Part shown: positions 1 through 12,992 of the stretch, one piece after another
Layout: each line of letters starts with the position of its first letter
How positions within the stretch are numbered: the first letter of the stretch is position 1
From: Podarcis melisellensis
Taxonomy: Eukaryota
Length of the DNA: 64,000 nucleotides
Direction: 5' to 3' (one strand)
NCBI GenBank assembly: GCA_964234715.1
Contig: OZ174278.1
Position numbers and translations under genes: made by a program
The notes under the pieces: model-generated
Told to the model about the DNA's origin: nothing
Databases searched by the model: none
What the model saw: the letters and a program-made list of their open reading frames with translations, nothing else

Positions 1-1270
1 TAGGAGTACTCTTAGACTATGCACCTGTTCTCCAAGGGAAACTGCCTCCCTGTTATTAATATGTCATATATCTAATTCTAAGACCTGGGAATCACTAACC
101 CACAAAGCTGCTACCTTTATTAGGATTCAGCTTCTGTTTAATGACCTTGATCCTGCCAATCACTGCCTCCAGACAGCAGCTGAGGACTTGCACAGGCTCT
201 CCTGAATCGGATGGTGTGGAGCAAGAGAGTTGAGCGTAATACACATACTGGTAATGCCACACTTCGAATTACCAGATGACACCTCCCAGTGGTTTCATGT
301 AGATATCAAATAACATGGGAGACAGAATAGAACCTTCTATAACTGTTATAGGGCCTAGTGCTCTTTTCATCTCTCTTCCAAAAAAGTGAGGATAGTTTCT
401 TTATTGGAATTAGCATCCATTGGCTAGTGAGATTGCCAGTGTGAAGTGCAAAAAGTCCTTTTTTGCACCTCAAATACTAATTTTTGTTCTGTCACAAGTT
501 CTCATGGACTTGAGCTACAAAACCCAATGCAAGAAGAGAACAGATGGGACTCTCCCACAGGGGTAACATGGGCAACAATATGGGGGCAATTTGCCCTATC
601 AAGGAGAACAGGCTAGTTAAGCCCACTCCATCCCACACTCTCTCCTCTTCTCATTGAGATTAATATTGGCCAATGGAACCACAGTGTACATGTCAGGTTC
701 ATATACCCAAACAGCACACATTGAGGAGGAAGGAGTTTCGTCGAGTCTTGCTGCATAATCTCAAGCGTGTGGCTGGCAGTTAGCTCAGGAGATGGGATAG
801 TTGAAATCATCCCATCAATCCACCCAACCATCCAGACCTCATCAGTTTTGGTTAATTTGGTTTAATTGTCCTGATTGGGAGATTCTTTTGTTGTTATATT
901 TTAATAAATATAACCTGTTACTCATCTTTATTGTCTCAAATCTTCTCAGGTGTGTTGGCGATAAAACTATTAGACTTTAAAGTGTCCTGAGATGCTTTTT
1001 GGGATTTTTGTCGTCATCAATACTACTACTCTGTGGAACTTTGAAATATGAATATGATGGTGATCCTTTTTCTGTACGGCTTGATTTTACAAGGATGGCG
1101 CCATATATCAAACTGCAGTTTTGTAGGTGGCATTTCTAGAGGACAGTTTAAGGATGCTTTCCAAGGGAAGAGCACAGCAACAGTTGCAAGCAAGGAGACC
1201 TAGCATATCTCCTTCAGTTCATCCCTACTGTAGGAGCAAGTAAGTAACCCCACATCAAATCCATTGCTAT

Positions 1271-1362
1271 AGAAGAAGAGGAAGAGGAAGAGGAAGAGGA
1301 AGAGGAAGAGGAAGAGGAAGAAGAAGAAGAAGAAGAAGAAGAAGAAGAAGAAGAAGAAGAAG
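1271..1362 (+). repeat. Compound (GAGGAA)n-(GAA)n microsatellite
   Basis: Direct reading. Confidence 0.95.
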
Positions 1363-1819
1363 ACCAGCTTTTAAAATGAATTCCAATTCAGTTTGAGGGA
1401 AGCCACCAGTTGCCCTAGCAAACACTGTAATACATGTTAATGATCACATCTGCCTCAAGCCACCTGTCTAGGGCAGCCAAAACTGTTGCAACAACCGGAA
1501 CAGATTCATGCCAACAGCAGGCTTCCTTCTAGGAAGGAGAATCGAATCAGTAAATGATAAGCAACAAATCAACACCCACATGATTCACAGCATGTCTGGG
1601 GAAAGAATGGAGAGGCTTTGAGGTCATTCGCCTATGTGTAATGTGCTTCCAATGATAAACTAACATTGCCGGGTCTACATGGCATCTACCCAAGTGTTCT
1701 AATGTGAAATGACTGATATGGAACTTATCCCTACAGTTGCTCTCCGTGCCTAAGAACTGGAAAGGGGCTAATGTAATTTTTAAAAAAGGAACCCAGGAAA
1801 TTATAAGCCACAAACCTAA

Positions 1820-2060
1820 ATGGTTTTTCAAAGGTTTAGACATTCATGGAGTATAAGTCTGTCTATGGCTACTAGCCATGATGGCTGTAAATTACCTCCA
1901 GTACTTGGGGAGTATGTCTCCAAATACCAGTGCAAGAGGGGTGAGTGCTGCTGGACTTAAATATAGCTTGTGGTTTTCCCATAGACATCTGGCTGGCCAC
2001 TGTGAGAACAGAATGGTGGAGCAGATGGCTTTTAGCCTAATCCATCAGGGCTCTTCTTGT
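1820..2060 (+). mobile_element. CR1 LINE 3' fragment
   Basis: Shares ggctactagccatgatggct...ggccactgtgagaacag with the copies at 12.7, 27.2 and 39-40 kb. Confidence 0.6.
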
Positions 2061-3699
2061 GGTATTCAGAGGCATATGGCATTAGGCCATCATAAAGCTG
2101 GCTGTGATTTTGCACAAGAGTCACCGGGGGGGCGGTGATTGTGAAGGGACTGTTCTGTCATGACAGCAATGTTTTATTGCAACCATGGCTTGGCTCTGGG
2201 GGGTTTTCCAGTGCCACTTTCTATCCTGCAAGATGTGAAGTAGCAGCAACACAGAAGACCTTTGGGCAGGGACATGATGAATTTCCCTCACCATTAAATA
2301 ACCATGGTGAGTCGCTAATGTCTAGGCCTAGTGACATAGCTTCAACTTTGAGTTCTGGTATCTAACCTGCATGGAAGAAGACATCCTCTGGGGCATAAAG
2401 GGATTGTGGAATATGGGCAAAAAAATGACCTACTGTGCTGTTCTAGACAAAATGGCGGGCCCATCTTTGTGCCATCTACCAGCCTTCTGAGTTGACCTCA
2501 AGGCGTGTCACACAAATATATTGAATTGGTGTAAGATTCGAAGTTTGTACAAAATAGAGTTAATGGAGCAGAAGATACTGCTGGCCACTCCCTTAAAAGT
2601 TCTGGGAAAGTTGTCAGGCACATTTTTTGTTCAGGAAATTACAGGCGATGTATGTCTCTATGGGAACGGACTGTTGACTGATAAATGGCCCAGGAAGGCT
2701 AAGAGAAGATTGAAGAAGATGACTTATCCTTGTTCCCTTTAATCAGGGCAAGGAGGAAAGCTGGCCAATTTCCTGCAGATTCCAAGTGTGACACAGACTA
2801 AAAGAGAAAGCAGTTTTTTTTTTCTGGCTCTTAAAGCCAGCAGCATTTTGAGGTACTGGCTACCTTCCACCAGAGATATGATATGAGGTAGTGGATTTGG
2901 CTGTTCGTTGGAATATTTAATCTCCTCAACATGCATATTTGAAAATAAACTCAAATATTATACAACACTGTAAGCCTCCAGTGATCTCCTCACCCTAAAA
3001 AACAATCCTGGGTGAGTACTGCACCCCAGAAATTTGTTGTTGAGAGTGAGCATAACAATATGCACTAAGGACTAAGTCTCCCAGGACTCAGTGGGACTTG
3101 CTTCTGAATAAACATAGGATTGCACTGGCAGACATTTACAGATAGCCCCCTTGGCCCTCCAAACTAAAATGGCTACTCATCAGGAAGAGCAGGCCAATTC
3201 TGTCTCCATGTCTATTCTGGCAGCACTGTTACAGGACCTAATATCACCCACAACACCAGGGGTTCGTGCAACTGTAGAAATGGACTGTAGTCCACAAAAA
3301 CTTATGCCATACAACATTAGTCATCAGTCTTCTAGGTGCCACAAGAGTCTCTGTTGTTTATGTTGATAAAACTGCATTTATAATGGAGATTTTGTGATGT
3401 ATTGAACTATTGTATATTTGCTTGGAAAACTTTTTATGATACTCCAGGCTTACCGTTTAAGAAATTAAAATAATTTCCCAGTTAAAAAGCTAGTTTCCCC
3501 ATGGCAACATCAACACTTCCCTAAACAATGCAGTGACTGGATCTTTGTTTCTCTTTCTTGTTTTGGGAAATTAAGAAGTTTCATTGTCAATTACAGCATT
3601 TTGATGCAAACAGTACAACGCCATAGCAGAACAGCTGATTTATTTCATCTTTACAGACCTTTGTACGGCACATCATACTGCGTATGACATTTCATCTCA

Positions 3700-4230
3700 A
3701 TCAGAGCATTATTGGTATCCATCTGTCTCAAGAGACAATGGAGTGTGCCTCCAGGGGTGAGGTCGAACAGCTGTGTTAGCAACACCAAAGTGACCTCCCG
3801 GGGGTGCAAGCCTGGGTGTTGTCTGTGGAGGTCCTGGGCTGTCCAGACAACAAGTCCCCCCTCTACGACTCCCTGATGTGGTCCAAAGGAAAGCAGAGCA
3901 ATATGTCTGGCACCAGCTTGGCTGCAGGAATTGCCAGAACGAGGCAAACAAGTCACCATCTAACAAGTCGCCATCTAACTGTAGGATTTACTCCTTAGCC
4001 TTTTCTTCTCCTGAAGATATCCCACAAGGCAGCAGAGGTTTAGGATCAGAGTTTTCCTTCTCTTAGATGGGCTACTTTCCCAAGATGGAGAACCCTTTCT
4101 GCCCTCACTTTCCCTGTATAGCACATGCAGAAACCGGCTTCTTGACCATTGGACCCACAATTGGTCTCGACTGCTCAGTCTGCTGGAGCTTGTCTTTGCA
4201 TGCAGAGGAAGACCCTAACTTACCAAGTGT
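3700..4230. mobile_element. Interspersed repeat, probably RTE/BovB-related
   Basis: An inverted partial copy lies at ~53190-53250 (FDLTPGGTLHCLLRQ vs FDFTPGGALHCLSRQ in the ORF track); family assignment tentative. Confidence 0.45.
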
Positions 4231-6752
4231 TTGAGACACATCATTGAGCTATGGGGACTATTAGAGCATTAGTTTCCAAGAAATTTACCCCCCCCCCAAA
4301 AAAAAAAATCCCTACCAAAATTATCTTAATAAACACCACCACCACCTTTTCCCACTGTGTCTTTTCTGCCAAAAATGAAGTTGCTTTTCCTTCTCCTACA
4401 TACAAAATTGAATTAAAATCTTTTAACTCCATCTTGACTTATCATATCCACATGACACACATTTTTAAAACTATCAAAATGCCAGGCCATTTTATCCTCT
4501 TCAAAATAACATTTTATTCAACAAGAAATCAATACTTTACTTTTTATTATTTCATGTGCATAGAATTACTCAAGAGCCTAATGTGCATGAACTAACATAT
4601 GTTCATTAGAAGCAAAAAACAAAACAAAACAGGAAAAGACATTGATTTAATCTCCTGGGCGGTAATAGACAAGACTGCTCAAGCATGCCATGTCAAATGC
4701 CAGCTCTTCTCAAAATCCATGCCAGGTTTTCTTTTAAGACTATGGGTTTATTTTAGTCTGTGTGCAATACACTGTAACATCATTACCTCACAGCTCGTTC
4801 ATCTCCTGCAATGAAATGAAACCTCACATTTACATGCAATGATAAAAAACAAAACTTCCTCCTCTTTCTTCTCCTCTCAGTGCAAGGAAGGTGACAGTGG
4901 GAGGAAAATCTCCCTAAGTACACCATGTAATTCAATTGTAATAATATCCCCATGCAGATCACACAGTGAAGTTTAAACTAGTGGCTGTTAAATTACACTC
5001 CAAGGAGGCTAATTAGGAGTTCTTCGCAGACAAGATAAACAGTGTTGAACAAGTTCTTCTGAAAAACATTCATGCCTTAGGATTGCCAGGTCATCTGCAG
5101 CTCAGACCCTGAGACTCAAAGGACATATCTAGTGAACACTACCACCTCATTCTGCTTAAGTGCAAAAGTTCTTTGCACCCTTTTGAGCAAGTTTACTGCC
5201 ACCAAGCCATTCCATCCGCAGACTGGGACAGTCCTAGACTAAATGGTACCCTGGTAAAGAAACAGATTTGGTGTTCCTTTCTGAATACCTTCTTTCAATG
5301 CATTTGTTGCCTGTTTAATAAATTTGATGCACCATTTGTAGACAACATTTATCATTGACAATAAAATTTGCAGGAAAGGATCTGATCACAGATGACTCAC
5401 ACAGGTTTTTTTTAATGGGCATAGATGTACATTTCTCATGGATTGAAACAAAAAAGAGTTGTAATGAAATCATGACCGTGCAGGTTTGTGTTGCCAGCTT
5501 TGTAACAGTGATTATGAACTGTCTGTATTATTGTTTCAGCTATTGAGCGGATAGGCCACGACAGGCACCCCGTCTGCTCAGCACCCTAGGCAGTTGTCTG
5601 GGTTGCCTGCCCCTAAATTTAAATGAGTGGCTTTCAAATGATCGCTGGCTCCATATCCAGTGCACTCCTACAGCTAATGCTTAAAGCCTCATTCACACAA
5701 TGTTAGCCACAATCCATACTGATCCTGCAGTTTCTTGACAAATACTGCTATTTTTTCACTCTGATTAGAAAACTTGGATGCAGTGTAAGCAGCAAAGTGA
5801 ACATACCCAGCAGCCATCACACAGGCACAGAGTACAGTTTAATGAGTAGAAGTTTGTGGGGTTGCAGAGGTGGGGAAACAAAAAATGTCCTGTGTATCAG
5901 GTGGAGAAATCCCTGTCCCCTCTCTGATGTGAAATGACTCCATGCAAATGCAACCTGAAACGCGGGGGGGGGGGGGTGTCACCTCGCTGCATTTTAAGCC
6001 ACTAATGGGAACCCTTCGTTTCCATTTGAAAATGATTCTGTCCATGGATTGCATTCTTACATGCCACCCAAATCTCCAAACGGTGCAAGATTTCAGGGGT
6101 CCAGGCACTTACCCAGGATTCATGCTTTCCTTGGAAATGAGGCACAGTGGAGACTGTGGTATCTTTATGATATAGGGTTTATTTACACTCACACATATAT
6201 AACCTGAGCCTGGTATAGAGAGGTTCCTATCATTACACTCCATGTGGGTCCTGCAATGTTGGAGTCGAACTGGTCTGTGTTATTTTTGACACCAAGAATT
6301 CAGAGGTATGCTTAAATTCTAATGCTTTACTGAATCCAGTGATTTAGGGGAGTCTGACCCCCCTCCAAAAAACCCCACAACCTCATAACAATATGCTTGA
6401 TATCAGGCACATCCCCACATAGCGCAACACAACCAACACCACAATTCTGCTACAATCTAAAAGCAGGACATAACCAGCATGCGGAACAAATAACTCAATT
6501 GTCACTCACAAATATAGGGCTGGTACAACCAAAGGACCCACACAAACACAAACAATGGATAAGATAATCACTCACTTTTTCCCTACTTCCCTACTGATTT
6601 TCACTTTTCTCTTCTTGATTCTAAAGCGTGCGGCAAAGAAGTTCGAGAATTAAATGTAATCAGGAATTCATTTCTTGAAACTGAACTATTATCTTGAATT
6701 CATTTCTTAAAACTGAACTGAACTCATCAAACAGCAGAAAATAAGTTAGATA

Positions 6753-6831
6753 GCAATCCTATATACATTTACCTGGGAGTAAGTCCCACTGAACTCAGTT
6801 GGGCTTTTTTTCTAAGCAGGTATAGGATTGC
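6753..6831. mobile_element. ~80-bp palindromic MITE-like repeat (GCAATCCT...AGGATTGC)
   Basis: Terminal inverted repeats; related copies near 3060-3123, 18360-18430, 47390-47460, 54484-54566. Confidence 0.6.
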
Positions 6832-9299
6832 ATTGTTTGACTTTGTTCCTGGATAAACCTACACTGTAGTTAATGCACTGCTCTTTTTAAACCCCACAAA
6901 AATGCAGTGGGAATACTCAGTTTAAAATCTAGGATCAGAGGAATGAAATGAATCTCAGCAGGAAATGCAGCACATCGTTTCTGCTGAAGTAATATAAAGC
7001 TGAGAATAAAATCAACTATGCATTTTACCTGTGTTCAAACATTCAATAATCCTTTGTTGAATAGAGTGCTGGTCAGAATGGTAATACAAAAGCCCATAAA
7101 CAGTTAATCATTTTCTTCTGGAATAACTAAAGTTAAACACAAAGTAGTTTTCAAAACTGGAAAATTTTAACTTTGTTAATATTTCTCAAAACTTCTGACA
7201 TATTAAGTTGATTTCAATGAAAGCCTGCTGTCTCCCTTTGTACAGTAAAGAGGATTTTTCGTGTTCTGAATATGTTTATTGGTTTGGTAAAAGAAGGAGA
7301 AGCAAAAAAGAAATTGAAAGCGAAGGACATAGAGTAACCCTCTCATTCATATTCATGAGACATATATAAAAGAAAGCACACAGAAAAACAGATCCTTTCT
7401 TTAGAGAGACAGCAGAGCATGACAACTTGCTGATGGCAACTGAGGCCACCAAATTTCTATCAGCTCTATCTATATTCTGTCCAAATTTCTATCAGCTCTA
7501 TAACTCACCCCATGGTGCCGAGGCCAGCTCTGCAGCTGCAACAAAACTCAGAACTCTCTGATTTTGCCACTCCACCCCATGCCATACTGATTCTTACTAC
7601 AGGGAAGCAAGTATGAGCTCAAGCTTCCTGGTTTGTCTCTCTCCAAGCAAAACAGGAATGGCAAGTTGGTTATGTTGGTGTCAGCAGAAGCAAAGTCATC
7701 TTTCTCCAGGACCCTCTCAGCATTAAGCATTGTCTGGACTAGGATGCAGGAGGAAAATAGCAGCTACTTCCCCAAGCTCCAGTATCTCTCTCCATTAAGG
7801 ATGGCTCAGAGGAACCCAGAGATGGAAGTGGGCTCTCAACCCATTAACTGGTCTAGTGGTGGGCTTGCCCATGTGCAGTAGATAGACTTTCCTCCCCTGT
7901 TGCTATCCTGGGGTGCTAGTAGAGTTATGGTGTGGCACAGCCTTTGCTAGCCTGATGGAAGCTGCAGTACAAAACATCTGGAGGGTACCAGCTTCCTGAA
8001 GAGCCAGCAGAACAGTTCCTAGAATTCTCTGAAACAGAGGCTCCAAGGTAGCAAACAGGTTCATACAGAAAGTGTCTTCTGAGCCCTGTAAATTAGCTGG
8101 TGGGTTATTACGTGGATGTTTGTGTGGTATCAACGTAGATTTAGGGTGGTCACTGTAATCATTTACATTTTACATACATTTAAGCTTTACACATGATTAT
8201 CAGAGCCTTGTTTGTTGCATTCATTTCCTCCTGACCTCACTTCTTGCGTGTGTGTGTTTATTAAAAGATAGAGATTTATTTCAAACACACACACCTGCCA
8301 GTTTAGGATAACACTTCCTGAGTCTGATCTGATAATATGGACTCTAGAATACAAAAGCTTGTGCCACAATAAACATGTTTGCTTTAAAAGTACCACACTC
8401 CATGTTGGGTTTGCTCTAAGCCAGAAATAGCTGCTCATCCACACTACCTTGCCATCTCAACTGTCCATCATTCCCATTCATACTTAGACACCCTAATCCA
8501 GCTCCATTGACTGACACTGAAGTTCCTGTCAGTTCAAGATGACTTGTCAGTCAGGACCAACTCATCTAATGATTTCTACTGGCAGTTAAGCACAACTAAT
8601 TCTATTTGGAGCCAGCAGGTGCCCATGTGCAGCCAGCCACATATGTGTGCGTGTGTGTGTTTCCTTAAAAGTTGGCTTTCAATAACCAGAGAGGCAACAA
8701 ACCCCCTTTCCCCTCCCTGCCCCACAAACCTCAGATTTCCCACGTGCAAATAAAAGAATAATGGAATTGCAGAGTTGGAAGGGACCCCGAGGGCCATCTG
8801 GTCCAACAAGAATAACAATAACAACATGAAATAAGTTTCCAAAACTTAAACCAGGCTTGCTGTTTGTTTGTTGACAGAACCTCTGTGTTTTTAACAGAAC
8901 GAACAAACAAATGAATCTTTATTTGCGTCAGCCATCGGCCCTAGCAATAAAACAACAATACGATATACAAAGAATAGAAATAAAAAGTCAATTATATAAA
9001 ATACATTTTAGGGTTTTGAATCAATAGACAAATAGTGGATCTTATTTTGATTGCCCCAGCTAAAAACTTTGCAACCTTTGCTGTCACCTGCTCATCTTGA
9101 TCTGCCAAGAGAAAGGACACTATGATAGTGGTTGGGCGACCCGGAATGGACAATAAAAGTGTTTTAGACAGCTGGTGAAAACCTCCATGCCATGTCTGTC
9201 TGCCATGCACCTGTAAGGAAGCCTCTTCCTCTCTCTCCCACACCCCAATAGAAATGGCTTTTGTGTGAAAAGCACACGGTTTCGCCTTTTTAAAGGATA

Positions 9300-9910
9300 A
9301 GGAAACATATATATTTATATACCTTCATGTCTCGGGAGTGAAGCTAGGTTTCAGGGAACGAGCTAGATGGTTTTCCCGGCTGCTTAACGGGTCCTCAGCT
9401 GCTTATGCGCTCCGTCTCTATGGCAAAGCGAACATTTCCCTCGGAGGCTTAAAATTTCTGCCGGCAGAAGCTCCCCCCGCCCCAAACCCGTCACCGCCAC
9501 GCGCTGCCTCTCCAGCCAAAAGGGAAAGTTTCACAATGAAGCTCGAGGTCTTCGGGGATTCTTCCCTCCCCTCCCCCACCCCCCGCACGCCCCGATATCA
9601 TTATCGCCGTGATTCAGTCCTGCGTTGCCTGGTTGGTGTTGCAATGGTTAAAAGGGGGAGGGGTGAAAGGGGAATGTCGTGACGTGAGAGAGGAAGTCGG
9701 GGTGGAGGGACGAGAGTTGCAGCTCGGACTTTTTCGGCATGGAGGAAATTCCCTCGCTGGGCGAGCCGGTCACCGGGACGTTCCCCGCCCCGCTGAGTTG
9801 CCGGAAAACCCGGAGCGGTGCCCGGACGACGGAGAGGACTGGTAGTCAAGGCTCCAGGGGTGCTTCTGTTGTTGTTCTCAATGCAAATAACGCTGCACAC
9901 CGTTCGTTAA
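9300..9910. promoter_or_regulatory. Non-coding CpG island with NF-kB/CRE/ETS motif cluster; probable upstream NFKBIZ promoter or enhancer
   Basis: CpG-rich; GGAAATTCCC 9744-9753, GGGACGTTCC 9775-9784, TGACGTGA 9680-9687, AGGAAGT 9691-9697, minus-strand TATAAA ~9314-9319. The NFKBIZ link is by synteny only. Confidence 0.55.
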
Positions 9911-10507
9911 GGGCAGTCAAAAGCTCTGTTTGTTTTTAGAGACCTGCACGAAGTTCTTTATGAAAACCGGAGTCCTTTCGCTTTCCATTTTGGATGGACT
10001 TTTGCTTTCTGTGGGAATGGTAACTTTCCTAGGCCGGGCGTGTGTGTATGTGTCAGCAATGATCCACTGGGTCTTTAGGAATGTTTAGTCTCTCCTCTCC
10101 AGCCAAGGTTGTCAACATGGTCAATAGGCTGGTCAGAGTGAGCAAAAAAAAGAGAGAAGCGAGGGCATTTACTGGTTTTGAGAATATGCTTCCAGAGCAA
10201 GGAGTAAATATCCTGTAAATATTCTGTTTGATTTTTGAAACTAAAATAAAGTAACTCGGACCTTGGCAGTGACAAAACCTGGCCCAACAGGAGATAAAAT
10301 AAAGTATCTATCTATCTAAAATAAATATCTATCTATCTAAAGCCACCTACATGAAGTGTGGTCAAGTATTGCTTTGGAGTACCTGCAATATATGGTGCTC
10401 TCTCATTCATACCTTTACACTTCTTTATAAAATTCAGTGCATCTCTATGATCCACTGGGCTTTTGATTTAAATAGTCCCCCTCTCTCCTTTAAGGGTTCG
10501 TAACACT

Positions 10508-10869
10508 GAGACGCAGGTGGCGCTGTGGGTTAAAGCCTCAGCGCCTAGGACTTGCCGATCGAAAGGTCGGCGGTTCGAATCCCTGCTGCGGGGTGCGCTC
10601 CCGCTGCTTGGTCCCAGCGCCTGCCAACCTAGCAGTTCGAAAGCACCTCCGGGTGCAAGTAGATAAATAGGGACCGCTTACCAGCGGGAAGGTAAACGGC
10701 GTTTCCGTGTGCGGCTCTGGCTCGCCAGAGCAGCGATGTCACGCTGGCCACGTGACCCGGAAGTGTCTCCGGACAGCGCTGGCCCCTGGCCTCTTAAGTG
10801 AGATGGGCGCACAACCCCAGAGTCTGTCAAGACTGGCCCGTACGGGCAGGGGTACCTTTACCTTTACCT
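10508..10869 (+). mobile_element. Sauria SINE (young subfamily)
   Basis: tRNA-like head GGTGGCGCTGTGGGTTAAA...GGTTCGAATCC, (ACCTTT)n tail, TSD taacactgaga. Confidence 0.93.
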
Positions 10870-11517
10870 TAACACTGAGAAGCCTTGTACAGAAGCTGAC
10901 AGATAGCCAGCCAGGACTGGGGATGAGGACGTGGCAGGAGAAATAATGGAACCAGTTCCCTCAGAGTATGGCGGGAAAGACCAGTGCACTATGAAGTTAC
11001 TACCAAAACAGGAAGAGGGACAGGTGTGGATGGGCCCAGTTCCTGTACCACAAGACTCAGGCCCAGCCCTACTCGCCCGCTGACTGAGAGGACTGACGGT
11101 CATCCCCAATCTCAGTACGGCAGCAATGATGTCCTGGGGTGCTTTGCTCACTTCTCTCAACCGGACATTGACATGCAGGCAACCATAAAGGCCTTTCACG
11201 TCACAGGGCTCAGATAAACAGCGCAAGAAACACGAGCCCTTTCTTAAAAGTTCAGCCGTTGAAGGCACCTGCATGGCTTAGGGGATCTGACTCATTTTGA
11301 GTTGGTGGATATCACAAATCTATCTCCAACTTAGCTCTCTAGATTCCAGAGCAGTTACCAAGCAGGATGTTCTGCCCCAGGGAGGCCAGGTCTGCCTACA
11401 TTTCCATCAGCAGTTCTGTACCTCTGGGAAGATATTCATGAGCGCTGGATTGGAGCCAGTAGGTTTGAATGGATGAAAAGGTCTGATGCGTGTGCTAGAG
11501 AGCTGGGGAAATTGATA

Positions 11518-11758
11518 CAGTGGTACCTCGGGTTAAGTACTTAATTCGTTCCGGAGGTCTGTTCTTAACCTGAAACTCTTCTTAACCTGAAGCACCACTT
11601 TAGCTAATGGGGCCTCCTGCTGACGCTGCGCCGCCGGAGCACGATTTCTGTTCTCATCCTGAAGCAAAGTTCTTAACCTGAAGCACTATTTCTGGGTTAG
11701 CGGAGTCTGTAACCTGACGCGTATGTAACCTGAACCAATGCAACCTGAGGTGCCACTG
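11518..11758. mobile_element. Tc1/mariner (Tigger-like) MITE
   Basis: TIR CAGTGGTACCTC...GAGGTGCCACTG, TA TSD; near-identical to 20417-20657. Confidence 0.9.
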
Positions 11759-12711
11759 TACACTCATTTAATTTTATTTATTAAGTACGGTATATTTATA
11801 TCTCACCTTATCCATCCTATGTCGTTTCAAGATGGGTTTAAGCAGTAGTCAGTGATTGGCATATTAGACTCGCACAACCAAGCACTTGCCAGTGACTGAA
11901 ATCTTCAATCAGTTTACATTAAAGCTAGAGTTAAAAGTATGAAGATTTCCAGCAACATGGTTTTCAAAGCATACTGGATAAAATACCCATGGCAACTGAG
12001 GTATACGTGTGCATAATCACACTTACGTCAGGGTGTACCATACCAGCTTGAGAAAGCAGCCACAGAATTTTACAGCCTACTAGCATCTACACAGGCTTGC
12101 ATACATCTCCTGAGCCTGTTTTTGCAGAACAAGCGCCAACGCCAGATGCCAAGAGGCAGATGCATGAATTCATTGTGGAGCCTCTTCCCCGGGACTTCCC
12201 TCCGCCTCCTGCCTCAGCACTGCCTACAGCAGATACTGTGGGCATGAAGCAAGCGTGTGTGAACCTCTGCCCTCTCCTGTCTGAGTAAGCGGAAAGATGC
12301 CCAAGGTTGCTGCTACCCCTTCGCAAAGATGATCGTTTTGAAACTTTCCACGTAGCCAGGAAACGCTGAGTGGGTGAAGCCTTCCCGTTCTCTCGAGAGA
12401 TGCTATATAATTACATCATCGGATTGTGTCGGTGCACAACACCGCCGGCCTTAATCGCTTTAAGCTACTTGTTCCAAGGAGCAGATACATTTCATCATTT
12501 GCAGTCCAGTCCTATGCAGCTAGGTGTGCCTGTCCACTGAAGTCAACTGCCTTAGGGATGCCTTGCTCTACACAGGATTAAAATGTTCAAGACAATCCTG
12601 CACACGTTATTGTGGGAGTAAGCTTCGAGCTCAGTAAAGGAAATACAGAAAGGATTAGACTACAAGAGTACATTACACATGTTAAAGGCAGATCCTGAAA
12701 TAAGTGCGTTT

Positions 12712-12992
12712 GCTATGGCCACCAATTTGGATGGCTTTAAAGGGGGATTAGACCAATTCAGGGAGGATAAGACTATCAATGACTATTTGCCACGATGGCT
12801 GCCTCCATGGTAAGAGGCATCAATGCTTCTGAATACCAGTTGCTAGAAACCACCGGAGAGGATAGGGGTCCTCTTGTGCTCATGTCCTGCTTGTGAGCTT
12901 TCCATCGGCTTCTGGTTGGCCACTGTGAGAACAGGATGCTGGACTAAACGGACCATTGGCCTGATCAGCAGGATCTCCTTACATTCTTATGA
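12712..12992 (+). mobile_element. CR1 LINE 3' fragment
   Basis: Squamate CR1 3' end with ttcttatg tail. Confidence 0.7.

Noticed and set aside
9338-9939. ORFs in the 9.3-9.9 kb island as an NFKBIZ coding exon
   Set aside because: None resembles the IkB-zeta N-terminus or ankyrin repeats; NFKBIZ CDS is not in the window.
6664-10465. Short direct duplications (6664/6696, 7449/7481, 10297-10340, 10059/10448)
   Set aside because: Ordinary local duplications of ~15-25 bp; two units each, no array or spacer structure, not CRISPR-like.
10508-10590. tRNA-like A/B boxes (GGTTCGAATCC)
   Set aside because: Heads of Sauria SINEs, not tRNA genes.
10871-11470. Possible solo LTR
   Set aside because: Could not define TG..CA ends, a TSD or a second copy.
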